Positions 9,946 to 20,940 of a stretch of 53,245 nucleotides of DNA are shown here, piece after piece (position 1 is the stretch's first letter; the number at the start of each line of letters is the position of its first letter). The DNA comes from a virus (lineage: Duplodnaviria; Caudoviricetes). Below the pieces are notes generated by a model, which did no database searches, had not been told where the DNA came from, and saw only the letters and a list, made by a program, of their open reading frames with translations. Location of the stretch: positions 1 through 53,245 of IMG/VR virus record IMGVR_UViG_3300032246_001650, one strand, 5' to 3'. The translations under genes and the position numbers were made by a program.

Positions 9946-10605
9946 ATGAAAATCGTATTAGAAAAAGGACAAAGATTATTTTTTACTAGTGATACTCATT
10001 ATGGTCACTCTAATATTTGTAGTGGTACTACAAAATGGGTTGGCGCTGAAAATATGACTCGTAAATTCAGTTCATTAGATAGAATGAATGATGAATTAGT
10101 ATTTTGGATTAATCAAAGAGTAGGTGAGAATGATATTTTATTTCATTTAGGTGATTGGTCATTTGGTGGGTTTGAAAATATTGAAGAATTCAGAAACCGT
10201 ATAGTATGTAAGAACATTCATTTGGTACTCGGTAACCATGACCATCATATTGAGCGTAATAAAGACGGTATACAACGTTTATTTTCATCAGTAAACCATT
10301 ATGTTGAATTAGATGTTAGACGTCCATCTGAATTTGCTAAAGGTAGAATGGATAAGTTTAACTTTGTTTTAATGCATTACCCAATCGCTAGTTGGAACAA
10401 TATGAATAGTGGAGTAATGCATTTACATGGTCACGTTCATTTACCTCCACACCAAAGAATTGCTGAAGGTAGAGCAATGGATGTAGGTGTAGATGGTAAT
10501 GGTTTAGAGCCTATTAGTTTGAATGAAGTTTATGCCTTACTTAATGATAGACCAATTGACAAACTTTGCCTTCCTCGTGACCATCATGTTAAAAGGTTAA
10601 ATTAA
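9946..10605 (+). CDS. Calcineurin-like metallophosphoesterase
   Basis: SDTHYGH, LGD, GNHD, HYP, HGHVH. Confidence 0.9.
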   Translation: MKIVLEKGQRLFFTSDTHYGHSNICSGTTKWVGAENMTRKFSSLDRMNDELVFWINQRVGENDILFHLGDWSFGGFENIEEFRNRIVCKNIHLVLGNHDHHIERNKDGIQRLFSSVNHYVELDVRRPSEFAKGRMDKFNFVLMHYPIASWNNMNSGVMHLHGHVHLPPHQRIAEGRAMDVGVDGNGLEPISLNEVYALLNDRPIDKLCLPRDHHVKRLN

Positions 10606-10627
10606 TTGATATTTATTACCGAATGCC

Positions 10628-10714
10628 GGGTCGCAGCGGTAATAATTTATTAAAAAAACTAAATACCCAAGCGTAAGTAAGGAACTGCGACCCTGAAAGC
10701 GTCTTGGGTTTTTT
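10628..10714 (+). promoter_or_regulatory. Structured 5' leader (interleaved stems) before HNH gene
   Basis: GGGTCGCAG (10628-36) pairs with CTGCGACCC (10685-93); ACCCAAG (10665-71) pairs with CTTGGGT (10703-09). Confidence 0.6.
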
Positions 10715-10718
10715 ATTT

Positions 10719-11282
10719 ATGAAAAAATGTAGTAAATGTCAAGTTGAGAAATCTTTATCTGAATTTAAAGGAAAAAGTTATTATTGTACCCCATGTAATC
10801 AAGAATATAGGAAACAATACAGAATTAATAACCCTTCATATATGAAAGAGTATTTTATATCTAATAGAGATAAAATTACTATCAAAGAAAAAGAATGGAG
10901 GGAAAACAATAAAGACAGATTTAATACATATCATAATAGTTATCATAAAGAAAGAAGAAAAAACCCTTTACATAAATTACATAAATTTATAGCAAGTGGA
11001 ATTTATCGAGGTATAAAATTTGGAAGTAAAGACACCACCAGCTTAGAAATTTTAGGATTAAACTCATGGGAAGAATTTAAAATATATCTTGAGAACCAAT
11101 TTGTTGAAAACATGAGTTGGAATAATTATGGGAAAGGTAATAACAATAACGTATGGCATATTGATCATATTATCCCTATTAGTTCGGCAACTACCTTAGA
11201 AGAAATAAAAAAATTAAATCATTATACTAATTTAAAACCAATGTGGTGTAGTGATAATATAAGAAAAGGAAATAAATTCTAA
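10719..11282 (+). mobile_element. HNH-type homing endonuclease-like protein
   Basis: N-terminal CxxC...CxxC; WHIDHIIP...LNHYTNLKPMW...N..KGNK. Confidence 0.82.
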
Positions 11283-11336
11283 AAAACAGATTTGGCTTTT
11301 TAAAAAATAAATATTATATTAATATAAATAAGAGTT

Positions 11337-11718
11337 ATGAAAGCACATTTAAAAACAATAGGAATATTAACAGCAATGGTATTATTTATTTACATTGGGT
11401 TTTTATTTCCAAAAGTAATAGCAGCATTGGGGGCATTGATTGCTTTAACAGCAGTATACTTAATAATTTATCTTTATATAAAAGATAATGATGATGAAGA
11501 TGAATTATCAGGTCCATTTAATGCTGGCGGAAGGGAAAGAGACTAATATGAAAAATCATTTAAAAGCAATAATAGCATGTTTGTTAATTTTAGGATTTAT
11601 TTACTGTGCTGTTATATACACAATATTAACCTTAACAATTGTAGTATGTACATTTATAGGGATAATGTTTTATGGTTTTGTTTATGAATGGGTAAATGAT
11701 ACTAGGGGAGATGATTAA
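11337..11718 (+). CDS. Two tandem paralogous small membrane proteins (11337-11546 and 11548-11718)
   Basis: Starts MKAHLKTIGIL and MKNHLKAIIAC, each followed by two hydrophobic helices. Confidence 0.6.
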
Positions 11719-11719
11719 T

Positions 11720-12118
11720 ATGAAAACACTTATAATTTTAAGAGGATTACCAGGTTCAGGTAAGTCAACATTAGCTAAAATGTTAGTTGGTGATAAAGAA
11801 TATCGCCACAAAGAAGCTGACATGTATTTTATTGATGGGGAAGATAATTATAAATTTGAACCTTCAAAAATAAAGGATGCTCATAAATGGTGCCAAGAAG
11901 AAGTTGATTTTCTTATGAAATACTCACATTCCCCTGTTGTAGTATCAAATACATTCACTCAAGAATGGGAAATGGAAGTATATTATAAATTAGCTGAACA
12001 ATATGGTTATAGAGTTCATTCATTGATAGTGGAGAATAGACATAAAGGTATTAATGAACATAATGTGTCTGATGAGACTATGGAAAAAATGAGAAAAAGA
12101 TTTGAGATTAAATTATGA
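11720..12118 (+). CDS. P-loop kinase (AAA_33 / polynucleotide-kinase-like)
   Basis: RGLPGSGKST, EADMYF, AHKWCQ, VSNTF, HNV. Confidence 0.85.
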   Translation: MKTLIILRGLPGSGKSTLAKMLVGDKEYRHKEADMYFIDGEDNYKFEPSKIKDAHKWCQEEVDFLMKYSHSPVVVSNTFTQEWEMEVYYKLAEQYGYRVHSLIVENRHKGINEHNVSDETMEKMRKRFEIKL

Positions 12119-12291
12119 CACCAAAAGAAAAAGCAGAAGAGCTATTTGACAATTTCTTTAATTTATACCCAAACCAAGATGCTTATTTTATTGCCAAGCA
12201 ATGTGCATTGATTGCAGTTGATGAGATAATAAAAATACTACCTCACCCTGATTATTGGCAAGAAGTAAAACAAGAAATAGAAAAATTATGA
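12115..12291 (+). CDS. 58-aa hypothetical protein (MTPKEKAEEL...YWQEVKQEIEKL), not in the ORF track
   Basis: Overlapping ATGA junctions at both ends; similar to ORFs at 22448 and 27672. Confidence 0.75.
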   Translation: MTPKEKAEELFDNFFNLYPNQDAYFIAKQCALIAVDEIIKILPHPDYWQEVKQEIEKL

Positions 12292-12554
12292 GCGAAGATT
12301 ATTCACCATATTGTCCTATATGTTCAGGTTGTGGAGAGGATGGGTGTTGTTCAGCAGTACATTGTGAACAACATCCTGATGGTAGTTACTGCCAAACCTA
12401 CCTACAAGATTTAAAACATGCTTACATGATGAATGAATGGTGGTATGAAAATGTTTATGATACTTTATCACCTGAACTAAAAGCTAAATGTGATGAGGAG
12501 TTTGATAAGGCTTATGATTATTGTTACAAAGAGCTTGGCTCCTCAGAACAATAA
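12288..12554 (+). CDS. Cys-rich hypothetical protein
   Basis: YCPICSGCGEDGCC; start at the ATGA overlap. Confidence 0.7.
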   Translation: MSEDYSPYCPICSGCGEDGCCSAVHCEQHPDGSYCQTYLQDLKHAYMMNEWWYENVYDTLSPELKAKCDEEFDKAYDYCYKELGSSEQ

Positions 12555-12581
12555 TGTTATATTTAATGTATAATAAAAGTT

Positions 12582-12842
12582 ATGAAAAAGATATTATTAG
12601 TACTAAGCATTGTAGCATTAGTTTCATGTAACAAACGAGGTGAAACGTATTACGAACCTCAAGATTTTATTGAAATAAATGGTAAAGTTTACAAACTTGT
12701 AAGTGTTGTACCTGCAGATAACTGTCATCCTATTTGGATAATGTATCCAAAAGACACAGCAGAAAAAATGCCTACAGTGTTAAACTATGAAGTACAAGAA
12801 GGTAAAACAACCAGAAACCAATCACTAATTAAAATTGATTAA
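12582..12842 (+). CDS. Putative lipoprotein
   Basis: MKKILLVLSIVALVSC lipobox. Confidence 0.7.
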   Translation: MKKILLVLSIVALVSCNKRGETYYEPQDFIEINGKVYKLVSVVPADNCHPIWIMYPKDTAEKMPTVLNYEVQEGKTTRNQSLIKID

Positions 12843-12848
12843 CAAGGT

Positions 12849-12941
12849 ATGGAAAATCAAAACAGCTGTTGCTTTATAGCAAGAATAGGAGAAGTTAAAC
12901 CAATTGAAGGAGCAGATTTTGAAATTCCGCAATATTTATAG
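12849..12941 (+). pseudogene. Orphan 5' fragment of RNA ligase
   Basis: MENQNSCCFIARIGEVKPIEGAD matches MENNNSVCFVARINEVKEIQGAD at 13511. Confidence 0.88.
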
Positions 12942-12954
12942 GAAAATAAGAAAT

Positions 12955-13521
12955 ATGAATCCTATAAAAAACGAAATTGGAAATAAATACGGAAAGTTAA
13001 CTGTTATTAAACAAGGAACAACTACTAAAAATGGAACTATAAAATGGTTATGTTCATGTGAATGTGGAAATGAAACTGAAGTTATTGGTTATTCTTTAAG
13101 AAGTGGAATTACTACTTCATGTGGGTGTAATAGAGGAAGAAAAGAAGAATTTGAAGGTTCTCATGTTTATAAAAGATCATATGGAATATTAAAAAGATCA
13201 TCTAAACAAAATAATAGAACTTTAGAATTATCTTTTGAAGAATGGAAGAAAATTGTACAACAAAATTGTTATTATTGTGGTTCTGATCCTTATAATAAAC
13301 GTTATGCTTATAGTAGTAAAAGATATAATAAGGGTATAGAACAAGATAATATAGAAATTTTTAATGGAGTAGATAGAATAGATTCATCTAAAGGTTATAC
13401 TAAAGAAAATGTAGTATCATGTTGTGTAATGTGTAATAGAATGAAATCAGATTTCAATCAACAAGATTTTTTTAAACAAATTAAATTAATTTATAATAAT
13501 ATATTAAATAATGGAAAATAA
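12955..13521 (+). mobile_element. HNH-type homing endonuclease-like protein
   Basis: GNKYGKLTV..WLCSCECG..SCGC N-terminal module; CYYCG; NGVDRIDSSKGY..ENVVSCC..CN..K. Confidence 0.85.
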
Positions 13522-14689
13522 TAACTCAGTGTGTTTTGTAGCACGTATTAATGAAGTAAAAGAGATTCAAGGAGCAGACAATATCGAATTAGGTGTTATT
13601 GGAGGCTGGAATTGTATTATCAAGAAAGGTAGTTATAAAGTAGATGATTTAGTTATTGTAGCAACTACCGATGCTGTGATTCCTCAAGAATTATCAGATG
13701 CAATGAACGTAACTAATTACTTACGTAAAGGTCAACGTGTACGTACTGTTAAGTTGAGAGGTGTTTATTCTGAATGTTTAATCATTCCTATTGGTTTTAT
13801 TCCTGACAAATATCGTTATGAAGGAGCTGATTGTATGGAGTTGATGAATATCTTCAAATACGAACCACCAGCAGTTCAAGTACAATTAGCATCAGGTCGT
13901 AAAATGAAATACCACCAAAATCCTAACTTTGGTATTTACTATAAGTTCCCAAACATTAAAAATGTTAATGGAATGTTTAATGAAACTGATGAAGTAGAGG
14001 TAACACGTAAAATACACGGCACCAATAGCCGTTACGGTATTGTTAAAAAACGTAAGTTATCTATTTGGGATAAAGTAAGACGTTTCTTTGGAGACAAATG
14101 GGTTGAGTATGAGTATGTTTATGGTTCACATAATGTAGAAAAAGGATCTGATTCACAAGGTTTCTATGATACAGATGTATGGAGAACAGTAGCTGAAAAA
14201 TACCAAATCAGAGAACAATTATGGGACTTATTTAAACGATACAAAGAATACTACGGTATTGAAGAAGGAATTGTTATCTATGGAGAAATTTATGGCCCAG
14301 GTATTCAAAAGAACTATGATTATGGTTTGAAAGAAATTAAATTTGCTGGATTTGATGTTACTATTAATGGTGATTATTGTAGTGTTGGTAAACGTCTTGA
14401 TATTATTAAAAATGTTATGCAATTACCTCATGTACCTATTTTGTATGGAGGTTTATGGTCACAAGAAATACAAGATAAATTTGTGTTTAATAACTTTATT
14501 GAAGTACAAGAACTAACCATCACAGATTTTAGGGAAGAAAATATAGTAGGTGTTTTAAAAACAACTAAAGTACCTCATGAAGGAATTGTTATTAAAGCAC
14601 TTGATGGTAGTAGAAAGAAAGTAGCAAAAGTAATTAATCCGGACTACTTAATCTACGGAGAAAAACACAACGTAGGAGATTCACACTAA
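13511..14689 (+). CDS. RNA ligase, DRB0094/Rnl2-like family
   Basis: N-terminal GADNIE OB-like module, VRTVKLRG..SE; KIHGTN motif I, YGEIYGPGIQKN, FAGFD, EGIVIK, KVINPDY. Confidence 0.9.
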   Translation: MENNNSVCFVARINEVKEIQGADNIELGVIGGWNCIIKKGSYKVDDLVIVATTDAVIPQELSDAMNVTNYLRKGQRVRTVKLRGVYSECLIIPIGFIPDKYRYEGADCMELMNIFKYEPPAVQVQLASGRKMKYHQNPNFGIYYKFPNIKNVNGMFNETDEVEVTRKIHGTNSRYGIVKKRKLSIWDKVRRFFGDKWVEYEYVYGSHNVEKGSDSQGFYDTDVWRTVAEKYQIREQLWDLFKRYKEYYGIEEGIVIYGEIYGPGIQKNYDYGLKEIKFAGFDVTINGDYCSVGKRLDIIKNVMQLPHVPILYGGLWSQEIQDKFVFNNFIEVQELTITDFREENIVGVLKTTKVPHEGIVIKALDGSRKKVAKVINPDYLIYGEKHNVGDSH

Positions 14690-14765
14690 AATATAAAAAA
14701 CATTTGAAGAAGGGGCTTGGCTTTGCCAAGCCCTTTTGTTATATTTAATGTATAATAAAAATAAG

Positions 14766-15377
14766 ATGATCGATAATTTAGAACTAATTAAACCGTTACT
14801 TAACTTTGAAGATAAAGGTGACTTTTATATGCTTTATGTATTAAAACGTAAAAAAGATCAACCTGAAGGTGAAAAAGATAATCATCAATCAGTAAGAACT
14901 ATTCGCACTTATTGTATTCGTTCAATTGAACAGTTAGAGAAACGTTATGATGAAATTAAAATGATGTGTGAAATGTTTAAAGCAAGAGCTTATATTCATG
15001 TTCAAAAACAAAATCATAGAGACGTTTCATTAAATATGATGATTGCTTTAGCTCAACGTATTCAAGATGGTAATTTAGAACAACAATCATTATTTGATTC
15101 AGTAGTAGGTCAATTAAAAACATTAGAGAAAAGATGGATTGTTGATGTTGATATGAAAGATATGGAAGTGGTTATGAAAATTGCAAAATTAATTTATCAT
15201 TTACGACCTGAAGGTCCTAAAGTTGAGACAATTATTCCTACTAAAAATGGTTATCATTTAATCACTAATAGGTTTGATGTAAAGGAGTTTAATAAGATTA
15301 TGTCATTACAAGGTGATGTACCTGATATAGTTAAAAAGAATCCTACTCTTCTTTATTTACCATCTAGTTTAGATTAA
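14766..15377 (+). CDS. Hypothetical protein, possible primase-polymerase (AEP)-like fold
   Basis: WIVDVD and PTKNGYHLIT resemble AEP motifs I and II. Confidence 0.45.
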   Translation: MIDNLELIKPLLNFEDKGDFYMLYVLKRKKDQPEGEKDNHQSVRTIRTYCIRSIEQLEKRYDEIKMMCEMFKARAYIHVQKQNHRDVSLNMMIALAQRIQDGNLEQQSLFDSVVGQLKTLEKRWIVDVDMKDMEVVMKIAKLIYHLRPEGPKVETIIPTKNGYHLITNRFDVKEFNKIMSLQGDVPDIVKKNPTLLYLPSSLD

Positions 15378-15441
15378 CTGATATTTGAAAAGTAAATTTT
15401 AATTTCCTAAAAATTCATATATTTATAATAAAATATAGAAT

Positions 15442-16221
15442 ATGAATTATAAATTACATTATGATAAGTTAATAGAAAAAGCTAAAAACAGAGTCCTAAA
15501 TAAACATGAATATAATGAAAAACACCATATTATTCCTAGATGTTTAGGAGGAACAAATGATAAAAGTAATATAGTAAAATTATTACCTAAAGAACATTAT
15601 ATAGCTCATTTATTATTATTTAGAGAATATCCTTCAAACCAAAAATTGGCTTATGCTTTTTGGATGATGTGTAATGGAAATAAAAAAGATAAAAGAACTT
15701 ATAAAATCTCAGGAAGATTATATGAAGAAGTACGAACTAAATTTATAGAAATTCTTAAAGAAAGAGAACCTACATTTAAAGGAAAAAATCACACTATTGA
15801 AACTAAAGAAAAAATTTCTAAATCAAAAAAAGGAAAATTACCTCCAGTAACAGGAAAAAAATATTCTCAAGAGTCTAAAGATAAACAAAGTAAAGCTAGA
15901 TTAGGTAAAAAAGATAGTTTAGAAACAAGAATGAAAAAATCTAAATCAATGACTGGGATAAAAAAATCAAAAGAACATGCTTTAAAAATATCTTTAGCTC
16001 AAAAAGGAGAAAATAATAACATGTATGGTGTAACTGGATATAATAATAAAAGATCAAAAATAGTATTTCAATATAACACGGATGGGGATTTTATTAAAGA
16101 ATGGCCTAATGCTAGAATAGCTGCTCAAGAATTAAATTTAAATTACACTGCTATAAATGATTGTTGTAGAGGAAAACAAAAAACATCTCAAGGTTTTATT
16201 TGGAGATACAAAGAAATTTAA
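15442..16221 (+). mobile_element. HNH homing endonuclease with NUMOD3/NUMOD1-like domains
   Basis: EKHHIIPRCLGG.NDKSNIV.L..KEHYIAHLLL; HTIETKEKIS; VFQYNTDGDFIKEW. Confidence 0.9.
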
Positions 16222-16282
16222 AAACAAATTTGGCTTTTTAAAAAACTATTCGTATATTTAAGTATAATAAAAAATAAGAGTT

Positions 16283-16890
16283 ATGACAAACGAAACACAA
16301 CAAACAGCAGTTGAGCAATTGGCTCAAGAGTTATTAACTAAGTATCATATTAAAATAGATGCTTATCCTGAATTTAAACAAGCCAAAGAAATGGAGAAGG
16401 AGCAAATGATTGAATTTTATGTAAAAGGATGTGATGATACTCGTAAGATTAATGAAAATTATGGATTAGAATATGATAAAACATATGGGTTACACTTTTA
16501 CAACGAAACATACGGAGATTTAAAATGAAAATTTATCAGCACAAACATACAAAAGTATTTATGAGTCAAAATGATTACAACCACTTATCAACACGAGAAA
16601 AAGATGAAATGGTATTGTACAATTCAAACTACAAATTCAATAAAATGACAAACGAAACAAAACAAACAACATTAGAACTATTCGCAATAGCACTTTATGA
16701 AAAAGGATTGCTAAAAGGTAATGGTGATGAAATTCAAGCATTATTACAAGAACATAAAGAAATAGATATGAGGCAACACTTAGATACTTGGCTTCAAGGT
16801 AGAGTAGAAATGAAGCGTAATTTTGATGTTATAAGTAAAGGGAAAACATTTGAAGAATTTTGGGAAGAAACATACGGAGGTAACAAATGA
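16283..16890 (+). CDS. Two coupled small proteins of the 'QQTAVE...YGGNK' family (16283-16528, 16525-16890)
   Basis: Shared MTNETQQT, QAKEMEKE and ETYG motifs. Confidence 0.7.
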
Positions 16891-16959
16891 AAACCTCCTG
16901 TTTGGCTCTCGTATATCCAGATGTTATATTTATCAGGTAATAAAAAATAAATAAAGGTT

Positions 16960-18372
16960 ATGTATAGAATTAACGAAAATTTAAGTAAAGAAGGAATACT
17001 ATCATTAAATATAAATGAATCTCAAACAATTATATTTAAAGATAGAAAATATTATATTGAAAATCCTAAAGGAAAAGAAAAAGTATTTGCTTTTTCAGAT
17101 CCAGAATTAAAACAAATAGTTAAAATAAATAATAAAACATTAATGTTTAATATTAAAGATTTAGAAGATATTTTAATAAATAAACAGTTATATTTTAAAA
17201 ATGAAAAATAAGCTTGGGAAACTAAGTTTTTTTGTTATATTAACCTTATAAAAAAAAAAAATTATCTATGGAAAGATTTGCAATTAAACACAAACCAACA
17301 GGAAAGTTCTTACATGAAGATGAAGGAGGTACATGGTTAATAGAAGAATCAGATAGTTTTATTACCTTTGGTGATAAAAAACAAGCTGATGAAATATTTA
17401 GTTATTATTGTGAAAATGATGTTATTGAAACAGAAAATGGTGATTTTAACATCAATGAATTTGAAGTAACAAAATTATAAAAACAGTTTGGAAGACTAAG
17501 AAATAGATGTTATATTAATATTATAAGAAAAAATAAAAAGTTATGCCTCCAGAAGATTATTATGTAACAACAATCCATATTTCAATGGATGAATTTCAAA
17601 ACATTTTTCCATGGTTTGAAAATCTAACAGACGGAATGCCTGTTGAAGAACCTAAAGCAAAACGTGGTAGAAAACCTAAAGCACATCGTGTGACAGAACA
17701 AACAATTGAAATGAAACAAGCTTAAAATATGATAAAAAATATATTATTAGTAACTTTATTCTTGATGATTGTTGTGTTAACTGTATATTTTAATATATTT
17801 GGTGTACAACTTATTGTTAGTTTATTAAATGCGGCGGATAATTTTCAATTATTAGTAGGAGCTGTTATTATGATTATAACAGTTGCTGTTGATGTTTATG
17901 CTTCATTGTTTATTATTAAAGAAATTAAAGAAATTATAAAATGGTAGTACTATTTATTTTAATTATAATGGCAGCATCAATCGCTGGGTTAATATATTGG
18001 ATGCAGTTTGATGTGCATCTAAATAGTAAAAAAGAACTTATTATTAAAGATGGATTGGTTAAAGAATTGATTGAAAAAGCAGTTAATAATCCTGATCCTG
18101 ATTCAATTATTATTCATGATGATGGTAAACATATTACTATGGGTAGAACATTAATAAAAGGTGAAGGATATAATGTATGTTTTTGGTTTCCATATAAAAT
18201 AACTATTTTATCTAAAGATTTTAATGACCGAGTAACAAATGATGATTGGGGATATGATGTAGGTTATATCAAACGTTACAGTAAAGATTATGCTTTAGTT
18301 AAAAAACTAATGGTACCAAAAGCAGATAACATTGAACAAAAACAAAGACAAAAATTAAATCTAAATAAATAA
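16960..18372 (+). CDS. Run of five small hypothetical or membrane proteins (16960, 17268, 17543, 17729, 17941)
   Basis: ORF track; three are preceded by their own promoter motif. Confidence 0.6.
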
Positions 18373-18376
18373 AAAA

Positions 18377-19228
18377 ATGAGTACATTTTCAAGAGTAGCA
18401 ATCGCGTTCGGAGTAATTGCGTTGTTAGTATTATCAGTAATTGGAGTTGAGCCTATTGATGCCGGTCACGTAGGTGTTAAAGTAAATTTGATCGGAACAG
18501 GTAAAGGAGTAGACAATGCTACTGAAGTTACTGGTTGGGTGTTTTACAATCGTTTTACTACTAAGGTAGTTGAGTTTCCAACTTTTATTCGCCATAAGGA
18601 ATATAAGAAAGAAGGTGAGATTGATGAGTCATTTGTAATTAACTCTAAAGACGGTTCAGAGTTTCACGTATCACCTTTACTAAACTATTCAGTTAAGCGT
18701 GAAAAAGTACCTTATATCTTTACTAAATACAGAGTTGAATTAGATCAAATTGAACAGGGTTTCTTAAAAACAGCAGTTTATGATGCGTTTAGAGTAGTAG
18801 CTAATAGTTATACAGCTGATGAATTGATTAGTAATAGAGAATTGTTTGAAAATAAAGTTAGATTGAATCTAGAAAAACATTTGACTCCTGAAGGATTTAT
18901 TTTAGCTCAATTTACTTCAAATCTAATTTATCCAGAAACATTTAAACGCGCTATTGAAGCTAAAAACAACGCGGTTCAAACAGCATTAACTGCCGAGAAT
19001 CAAGTTAAAACAGCTGAAGCACAAGCACGTATTAAAGTAGCAACTGCTGAAGGTAACGCACAAGCAATGTTGACAAGTGCTAAAGCTGAAGCTGAATCAA
19101 ACAGATTGAGACAACAAACATTGACACCTATGTTGTTACAACAAATGTGGGTTGAAAAATGGAATGGTGAATTGCCAAGTACAGTGTTAGGTCAAGGTAG
19201 TAATACATTCTACGGATTAAATAAATAA
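18377..19228 (+). CDS. SPFH/band-7 (prohibitin-like) membrane protein
   Basis: N-terminal TM, IDAGHVGV, AEAQARIKVATAEG coiled coil, VEKWNGELP. Confidence 0.9.
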   Translation: MSTFSRVAIAFGVIALLVLSVIGVEPIDAGHVGVKVNLIGTGKGVDNATEVTGWVFYNRFTTKVVEFPTFIRHKEYKKEGEIDESFVINSKDGSEFHVSPLLNYSVKREKVPYIFTKYRVELDQIEQGFLKTAVYDAFRVVANSYTADELISNRELFENKVRLNLEKHLTPEGFILAQFTSNLIYPETFKRAIEAKNNAVQTALTAENQVKTAEAQARIKVATAEGNAQAMLTSAKAEAESNRLRQQTLTPMLLQQMWVEKWNGELPSTVLGQGSNTFYGLNK

Positions 19229-19236
19229 TAAATAAT

Positions 19237-19512
19237 ATGAGAAACGAAATAGTAATGGAACCAACTGTTGAAAGAGTATCAATGGAACAAGAAGAAAAAA
19301 TGGTTGAAAAAGAATATAGACCATCTAAATCAGAATTGTTAAGAGATTATGAAATCAATATTCAATTTCTAAACAGAGGATGTGTTGTGAGAGTAGGATG
19401 TAAGTCAATCGCTTTTACAGATATTAATGAAGCAATGGCTGAAATTAATGAGTATGTAACTGGTGATACTTATGAAGTACAAAAAAGATGGCGTAAGCTA
19501 TTAGATATGTAA
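19237..19512 (+). CDS. Hypothetical protein
   Basis: 91-aa ORF, GCVVRVGCK motif. Confidence 0.7.
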   Translation: MRNEIVMEPTVERVSMEQEEKMVEKEYRPSKSELLRDYEINIQFLNRGCVVRVGCKSIAFTDINEAMAEINEYVTGDTYEVQKRWRKLLDM

Positions 19513-19578
19513 AAAAATAATTAAAACATTTTCAAATGAGGCTTGGTTATCCAGGCCTCTTTTGTTATATTAACATAG

Positions 19579-20001
19579 ATGAAAAAGTTTATATATTTGG
19601 ATGATGTGAGAACACCTAATGATCAATTTTGGGTTGTAGTTAGAAACTATGATGAGTTTGTAAATACAATTACTGAAATTGGTTTAGAAAATATTGAGCT
19701 TATATCTTTAGATCATGATTTAGGAGATACAGCTATGATGGAATGGCACACTAATGTTGCTCGTAATTTTACTTTGAATTATGATAATATTAAAGAAAAA
19801 ACAGGTATGGATTGTACTAAATGGTTAGTTGAGCAATGGATGAATGGTGCTCCAGTTTGTAAAGTAATGGTTCATTCAGCTAACGCAATTGGTTCTGCCA
19901 ATATGATGGGCTATATTAACAATTATAAACATGTTAGTCGTTTAGTACAGGATTGTGCTAGATGGATTGTACCGCACACTATAGAAACTCAAATTGGTTA
20001 A
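19579..20001 (+). CDS. Cyclic-phosphate-processing receiver-domain protein
   Basis: YLDDVRTP, ISLDHDLG, TGMDC.KWL, VHSAN..G. Confidence 0.75.
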   Translation: MKKFIYLDDVRTPNDQFWVVVRNYDEFVNTITEIGLENIELISLDHDLGDTAMMEWHTNVARNFTLNYDNIKEKTGMDCTKWLVEQWMNGAPVCKVMVHSANAIGSANMMGYINNYKHVSRLVQDCARWIVPHTIETQIG

Positions 20002-20940
20002 GTTATGATTTGGTTAGCAAGAATATTTACTTTTTTAGCAACAGTATTAATAATGTGGGCTATAATTGCTGTTATAGTTATAGCTCAAGATAAATGGTAC
20101 ACTTATAAAATAAATAAAAAATATAAAGATAAAAAATAAAAATCATGTCAGAAAAACAAGTTATAATGTCAAAGGTTGAATTTGACAGTATGGAAGAAGA
20201 ATTAACTAACCTAAGACAAATTGTTAAAGATAAGACAATCTCTATAATCAAGACACCCCATTTAGCTTGGAATTATCACTCTACTTATGTAGATAGTTAT
20301 ATCCAACAATATGTTTTTGGTGTTGAAGAAAGTGAAGTTGTAAAAACAATAGCAGAAGAACTTGAGAAAGTAAGAAAAGAGAGGGATGAAAATTACCAAC
20401 AAATTAGCAATTTAGAACTTAGTAACAATTGGTTAAAAGAAGAAAAAGATAAGTGGAAAAACTTACCTTGGTATAAAAGATTATTTATAAAATAAAATGA
20501 AAATAACACAAGATTTAATTGAATGTTTAGATAAAAATAAAATAACTTTAGACTCATCTTATACTGAATTTAGTGAAATATTAGAACAATATGAATTTGA
20601 AAATAATATTGAATTTGAAGAAGAAGAGGTGATAGACCTAATGTTTGAATACCAAAAGATTATAAGAAAAAGACAGTAAAATTATGGAAGTACTTTTTAT
20701 AATAAGTTACATAATAAGTTTTTTAATTTCTTTTGGAGTTATAATTTTATCATGGGTGAATAGGGATAAAAATATACTAAATCTTGGAATTGTATTACTA
20801 ATAACAAGTATATTAGTGGGATTCATTTCAGGTTTTGTGATACTAGGACTTATTGGTATATTAGTAATAGATTATAGATATAATAAATAAAAATACAAAA
20901 ATAATTTGGAATTTAAAAAATAATTAATTATATTAATATT

